From Mytilus edulis (lineage: Eukaryota), in the NCBI RefSeq assembly GCF_963676685.1, contig NC_092345.1:45012001-45076000 (forward strand): a DNA stretch of 64,000 bases. The letters are read 5' to 3'. This document shows positions 60,570 to 64,000 of this stretch, piece after piece. Made by a program: the position numbers and the translations under genes. Within the stretch, counting starts at the first letter, position 1. Each line of letters opens with the position of its first letter. The notes under the pieces were generated by a model. The model was not told the origin of the DNA, did no database searches, and saw only the letters and a list, made by a program, of their open reading frames with translations.

Positions 60570-61872
60570 AAATCAACATATAAAACAAATAATAATGAAG
60601 ATAAAGGACACCCTTGACGTATACCCCTTGTGTTTTTAAAGACCTCAGATATCCAATCATTATTCATTACACATGTTTGAATATCGCTATATAAAGTCTT
60701 AACCTATCTTATAAAAGATTCATTAAATCCAAAATGTTTTAAAACTGAAAACATAAAATTCCATTCTAGAGAGTCAAATGCTTTAGAAAAATCAACAAAG
60801 ACTATAGCCCCCTCAATTTTGTATAAATCAGTAAAATCAATAATATCTTGTATCCGTCTAAGATTAAAACCAATAGATCTATTTTTAACATATCCAGTCT
60901 GATCTTCTTTAATAAGTTTTGGTAAAAAAAAATTTCAATCGTTGTGCTAGAGCGTACGATAGAAGTTTCATGTCAATATTTAAAAGAGAAATAGGAAGGG
61001 AATTATCTAGTGACAATGGGTCAGCTTTTTTTTTTTAAAATAAAAGCGTTAATACACTTCTACGCTGTCAATATGTAAGTGTTTGATCTTTATATCCAAT
61101 ATTAAGAATGTTTACTACTATGAACTTTAAGTTACCCCAAAATTTTCTATAAAATTCAACGGTTAAACCGTCTAATCCAGGGGATTAATTAAGTTTCATT
61201 TTATAAATAGCATCTGAGCATTCTTCTACTGTAATATCCCCATCGCAGAGTGATTTATCATTTTTATCCATTTCTTTATCGAGTTTTTGTCGCTTGATGT
61301 TTTATCAGGGTTTTGCATCGAGTATAACTTTTTATAGTATTCTCTAATACTAAAAAGTATATCAGTTTGATGCGTTAAAATCTCACCATTTTCCCCTTTT
61401 AATTTATTGATTGACTTTTTTACCTGTCTCTGTTTTTCTAAACCTAAAAAGTACGAGTTATTTTTCCCCCAAATTCAACCCATTTCTCTCGAGATCTTAT
61501 TTGAGCCCCTTAAAATATTATTTACTTTTTTGAAAAATATATTTCTATTACTTTTACAATTAGGTGCATATATACACATTAGTGTAAATACGCTTTCATC
61601 AATTTCTACATTTAAAAGAATTAATCGTCCATCTAAATCGTTATGTTTATTTATCAACTTATAATTCAGTGACTTTTTAATGAGAATAGCCACACCCCTA
61701 CTAGAGGTCGTTCCGTGACTTCAAAATATATCAAATTCTGAATTGTTTCTTATTTCTGTTTCTATGTTTTCATTAAAATGAGTTTCTTGTAAAAAACAAA
61801 TTGAACTATTTTGACATTTAATCCATTCAATTACTCTGTCTCTTTTAGTTTTATTTTTAGTACCATTTACAT
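60570..61872 (-). mobile_element. Degenerate L1/Tx1-clade LINE ORF2 fragment (APE endonuclease + N-terminal half of RT)
   Basis: Minus-strand motifs ICFLQETH, SRGVAILI, GRLI, IYAPN, PGLDGLTVEFY, DFSKAFDS and RGIRQGCPLS, with stops and frameshifts. Confidence 0.9.
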
Positions 61873-62239
61873 GCTTCAAAAATATATTTTGTTGAACTAC
61901 AATCGTTCATTTACTATTAATAGCACACAGCATTTGTAAATTACTTCGCTATAAAGGGAAATACCCATTAATTGTAACCCCCAAGAGGGAAATTCTGAAC
62001 ACTTTTTCTTCTTTTTAACAATAAATATGTTACGTAATTTATTTTTGATATTTATTTTTTATCGATTTCAGTATAGAAACAATATACGCATAGTGTCTAA
62101 AAATACACAGAATGAGAAGAATATTCATGGCGATTTTATAACAACCAAACGACTATGCACAATTTTCCACAAACTGTAACGATAAATTAGTTTATACAAG
62201 AAAAACATGTTAATTGTATTGCAATGAGTTATAATTTAT

Positions 62240-62880
62240 GACAAAATCAGCAAAGACTCATCGAAACAACATCTGATACACAAATTTGATAATGCTTTTA
62301 GATATTTGGATGATATTTTGGCCCGCAATAATGACGACTTTAGTATATATTCTAAAGAAATTTATACTGTTGAACTTACTTTAAATAAAGCTAATACTAA
62401 CAATGACCACTGCTCTTTCCCCGATCTTGATATCTAAATCATTAACGGAAAGCTTAATACTAAAGTCTATGATAAAAAAGATGATTTTTCATTTCCTATC
62501 GTTAACTATCCATTTTATTCCGTTGTCCCCATCTTACGGTGTTTATATGTCCAAATTTGTACGATTCGCTCGTGTATGTAACAATGTTTTATATTTCAAC
62601 GAAAGAAATTTATGTATTACTGATATCACAAACTAGTCAAAACATTTACTAAATTTTATCATCGGTATAAGGACATTATTCGTAAATATAGATCAACATG
62701 CAGACATCTTATACGTTCAGGTATTTCACATCCAATTTTTTTATGCAAATATTCTTTATAAAGCACAAAAATGACTTATTGAGAAGGGATGTAGTTATGA
62801 TACTGTTGTCAGATCATTAAAGATTTCATATTTTGGCGTTAATATTGATTCACTTAGAGGGTCTTTGCATCGGAACTAAA
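62240..62880 (+). mobile_element. Penelope-like RT C-terminal fragment
   Basis: FRYLDDIL, ELTLNK, YDKKDDFSFPIVNYPF and PSYGVY.S..VRFARVC remnants with frameshifts. Confidence 0.75.
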
Positions 62881-63530
62881 CACATTTATTTAAAAACCAG
62901 TTGTTGGCATGACACACTCACGGGTTATATTCTTTTCATATATGTTATGATGGTATGATACTCAACCCCTAACGGGAAGGATATTGCCTGGTATTCATAT
63001 GATGGAGACATAATCTTTCAATCAGTGTAATTGAAGTCTGGAGCTGGTATGTCAGTTAACTGCTAGTAGTCTGTTGTTATTTATGTATTATTGTCATTTT
63101 GTTTATTTTCTTTGGTTACATCTTCTGACATTAGACTCGGACTTCTCTTGAAATGAATTGTAATGTGCGTATTGTTATGCGTTTACTTTTCTACATTGGC
63201 TAGAGGTAAAGGGGGAGTGTTGAGATCTCATAAACATGTTTAACCCCGTCGCATTTGTGCGAATGTCCCAAGTTAGGAGCCTCTGGCCTTTGGTAGTCTT
63301 ATATGATTGTTAATTTTAGTTTCTTGTGTACAATTTAGAGTTTAGTATGGCGTTCATTATCACTTAACTAGTATATATATATATTTGTTTAGGGGCCAGC
63401 TGAAGGACGCCACTTGGGTGCGGGAATTTCTCGCTGCATTGAAAAAGTGTTGGTGACCTTCTGCTGTTGTCTGTTATATGGTCGGGTTGTTGTCTCTTTA
63501 AAACATTCCCCATTTTCATTCTCAATTTTA
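62880..63530. repeat. Interspersed repeat segment (Helitron-like) sharing tgtcccaagt(c/t)aggag with 50360-50380 and 51135-51150
   Basis: Motif shared with other copies inside the window. Confidence 0.45.
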
Positions 63531-63649
63531 TGTATTGAATTTTTTTTAATGATTTTTGAAAATACAGACTTTCTTATAAAAAGATCGTTTTAGTTCGTTA
63601 GAAATGCATAGTATTTTGTATATTTGCGTGTTTAGCGAATATTTATGAT

Positions 63650-63780
63650 ATAGTTATCAAAGGTACCAGGATTATAATTTAGTACGCCAGACGCGCGTTT
63701 CGTCTGCATAAAGACTCATCAGTGACGCTCATATCGAAATATTTATAAAGCCAAACAAGAACAAAGTTGAAGAGCATTTA
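63650..63780 (+). repeat. Interspersed repeat end; reverse copies at ~35765-35815 and ~53030-53130
   Basis: tagttatcaaaggtaccaggattataattt...acgccagacgcg matches the reverse complement of 35768-35813. Confidence 0.7.
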
Positions 63781-64000
63781 AAACTGTTTAAGAAGGCAAA
63801 CATTTTTTTAATGAATTAATCTGTTTTGTTAAGGGGCATTGTTTTAAAAAAAAAATTCTTAAATTATATATCCACATACAAATCCATGAAAATTTATTCA
63901 TTTAGATTTCAATTAGTTTATATTTTTCTATGAGCCATATTAATCGTCATTTATTCACAGTTGATATAGAGTAAATCAAGAGTAATAGTTTACACATAAA

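Noticed and set aside
1-64000. Prokaryotic or viral system (operon, defence island, CRISPR)
   Set aside because: Very low coding density, spliceosomal introns and metazoan TE families show this is animal nuclear DNA.

Overview
AT-rich (~30% GC) eukaryotic genomic DNA. The interspersed repeats and transposon types suggest a bivalve, probably a Mytilus-type mussel (inference from recalled repeat families). Nearly all supplied ORFs are spurious; the real genes are spliced and were rebuilt by hand from GT/AG sites and reading-frame phase. The window holds three paralogues of a 5-exon gene for a secreted Cys-rich protein. Gene C (+, exons 38466-38523, 39302-39461, 39666-39751, 41678-41755, 42918-43165) is complete, 209 aa, with a Lys/Tyr/Ser/Gly-rich repeat tail. 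Gene A (-) has exons 1-4 in the window; exon 5 should lie just left of base 1. Gene B (-) is truncated within exon 2. The main finding is a ~21.8 kb tandem array (2876-24656) of eight ~2.65 kb units. Each unit is a copy of gene A's promoter (CCAAT + TATA), its intact signal-peptide exon 1 and its intron 1, all upstream of one shared set of exons 2-5. The unit boundary lies at the intron-1 splice acceptor. The rest of the window is TE-derived: two TTAA-flanked Kolobok-type MITEs, a degenerate full-length Tc1/mariner, an intron-containing Crypton tyrosine recombinase, Tx1-, RTE-X- and Penelope-like retroelement fragments, SINEs and Helitron-like repeats.
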